NCBI GenBank assembly: GCA_003971905.1
Contig: RSEE01000046.1
Span: forward strand, 310,001-374,000
Reading direction: 5' to 3'
DNA: 64,000 nucleotides
DNA from: Moniliella sp. 'wahieum'
Lineage: Eukaryota
The notes beneath the pieces are model-generated. The model was not told the origin of the DNA, ran no database searches, and saw only the letters and a program-made list of their open reading frames with translations. The number at the start of each line of letters is the position of its first letter. Position 1 is the stretch's first letter. Shown here in pieces: positions 62,097-64,000 of the stretch. A program made the translations under genes and the position numbers.

Positions 62097-64000
62097 TGAA
62101 ACCAAGGGATCGACGCGTAAGACGACGGCAATGGCGGTGCAGGTCAAGGCACACCGCCCTTTCGGTAAGGCTAGGGTGCGGGAGAAGGCGATGGTGGGGC
62201 AGAACATCTAAGTGGGAACGCAACTAATCCCGAGATGGTTTAAACGTTTAACATTTAAAGCACCCAAACAGGATTTCAATTTTATAATTCTTTTCTTCCT
62301 GACGAGGAGGCACGGGGCCTAATACGGCCCGGTCAGCTGGACTTTCGCCCCAGCCTGGTGTGCTCGGCCACCGTCGCCCCTGTAACCACCGTTCCACCGT
62401 CGCCACCATGGCCACCTTTTGTGACGCCACACTGGTGTAGTGGCGCCGGTAGCCCAAGTCCGGAACCTTCTGGTTTGTTCCGTGCAATATTCTTTCCTGG
62501 CGGACAGGAATATTCCCTAGCCTCTATAGCTCATGTGCAATGCAATACACTACCAACTACCTGCTCTCTGGTCTATAAGAGGTTATCGAGCCAGTTTCTT
62601 TCCGTATGAGCACCGGTATATGAACGCTCGTTCTCAAGGACCAGCTGACATCTACCCAAGCGACTACCTGCCAGCGCGTCGCATGCACCAAGAGCAGGAA
62701 AATCCCTTGCCGGGCAACGCCATTATGAGCACTAGCCCCGCACCCTCGCCGAGCGCCATCCATGGCGCCTCCGCGCTCCATTGTCGCCACAGTTTCGACC
62801 GTTCCACCGGTCCACCGTTCCACGATGGGCAAAATATATCACCCATCCCCTGGCTGTCGGTTTAGGCGCAGAGTTGGTTTGTTCCAGCAGCCTTAAGCTC
62901 AGTCAATGATATGGCTGCAGAATACAGTTCAGTTTTCGCAACGGTCTGCAGGGGGTCATAGTGACCGCCAAGGGCTGAAACCGCATATATCTCGTCTTTG
63001 AGGCTGGGCCAGCCGGCTGTGGGGATGGGGAAGTGCACAAACGAAGACTTGCAAAAAAAAACCGTTTTCACAGGGAACGGCCAAAAAACAGTTTTCGCAT
63101 CGAGCTGCACGGAAGCATTTTTGAGCAGCGGAAGCGCGCGTTCCCTTCCAGACGGATGGGATGGGAGAGGGGTCTCCCGCTTATCCGCCACTTCCAACAA
63201 CTGTGTTTCGAAACGTGTCAAGAGTTTGTCCCCCTCTCCCGCTATCGGAGCTCACTTTTTAGTTCATACCCTTCCGGACGCATTTTTGCCCCAAGGAAAC
63301 GTACGTCCCGCCCAGAAGTCTGGGAGAGGGCTTATCCGGTTAGGCCTTTGGATTTCCCCCTACTCAAGTACGCAAAACGAGTCACTTTTGGTCGCCATCG
63401 TCTCCTATCTGTCCTGCTTCCTGCCGTTGTGCGGAGCGATACGCACGTGACGCGCGTGACGCTGGATGATTAACAGCTGATTAATGATTCTCGGCGGCTG
63501 TTCGGGCGACGAAGAGTGGCGCGTGACGTGCGACGCGTGACGAACGATGCGTTGGAAGGTTGAAGCTGTCTTGAAGACATCCGTGTCTGCTGACCAAGAT
63601 CCTCCGGTCAGCGCCAGCGCTGAGCCTCAGCTGAGCTCTGGTCAGCGCGTCAGCCTGACTGCTGCCCCAGGCTAAACCGTGAGAATCTGCGAGAGGAACC
63701 AGAGGAGAGACGCTCGTGGTAGCGCAGCTGGGAGGTTGATGCTGGTACGGGGGCATGGTGAGAGTCTGTCCTGGTGTTCGCGCGTTTCTGGCCAGGCCTC
63801 CTGCTGAGGCCCTGTGTGACCCTGAGGCGGCCTGAGGCCCTGAAGCCCCTGAGGCCCGCAAACCTTTTTTTAGCAAGCCGCGTCCTGCCGTCAGGAGTAT
63901 TACGTCGATGCCACGTGCAATGTACCGGCGCCCAGCTGTTCGCACCAAGTACCAAGTGCGAGTGATTAATGAAGCTGAAGCTTGAAGACGACTAAGTACC

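Overview
GC-rich, intron-poor eukaryotic genomic DNA, most likely from a basidiomycete fungus (short GTACGT/GTGCGT/GTATGT...CTGAC...YAG introns and fungal housekeeping genes). There is no prokaryotic signal. About 20 protein-coding genes can be supported: RSP5, an Ecl1-like zinc-finger protein, alpha-acetolactate decarboxylase, a secreted/GPI-anchored heparinase II/III-like lyase, RPS20, a non-RD Ser/Thr kinase, SPB4, a Pib1-like FYVE-RING ligase, FMP27/Hobbit (BLTP2), a betaine-aldehyde-dehydrogenase-like ALDH, a small GPI-type protein, RAMP4/YSY6, PRKRIP1, a Pex30/Pex23-family peroxin, RPP2, GLO1, alanine aminotransferase, an F-box protein and an orphan gene at 61.3-62.1 kb. Nearly every gene, including essential ones, is broken by single-base losses in short homopolymers. 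This points to an unpolished long-read consensus, so gene ends are approximate and no pseudogenes are called. The most interesting observations are: (1) the orphan gene resembles PAXX, an XRCC4-superfamily NHEJ factor not known from model yeasts; (2) intergenic DNA repeatedly shows a 7-bp grammar of A-N4-T palindromes joined through T-N-A; (3) an intronless acetolactate decarboxylase sits in a gene-poor tract; (4) the PL35-like lyase appears to be GPI-anchored. All family assignments come from motif recognition, not from database searches.
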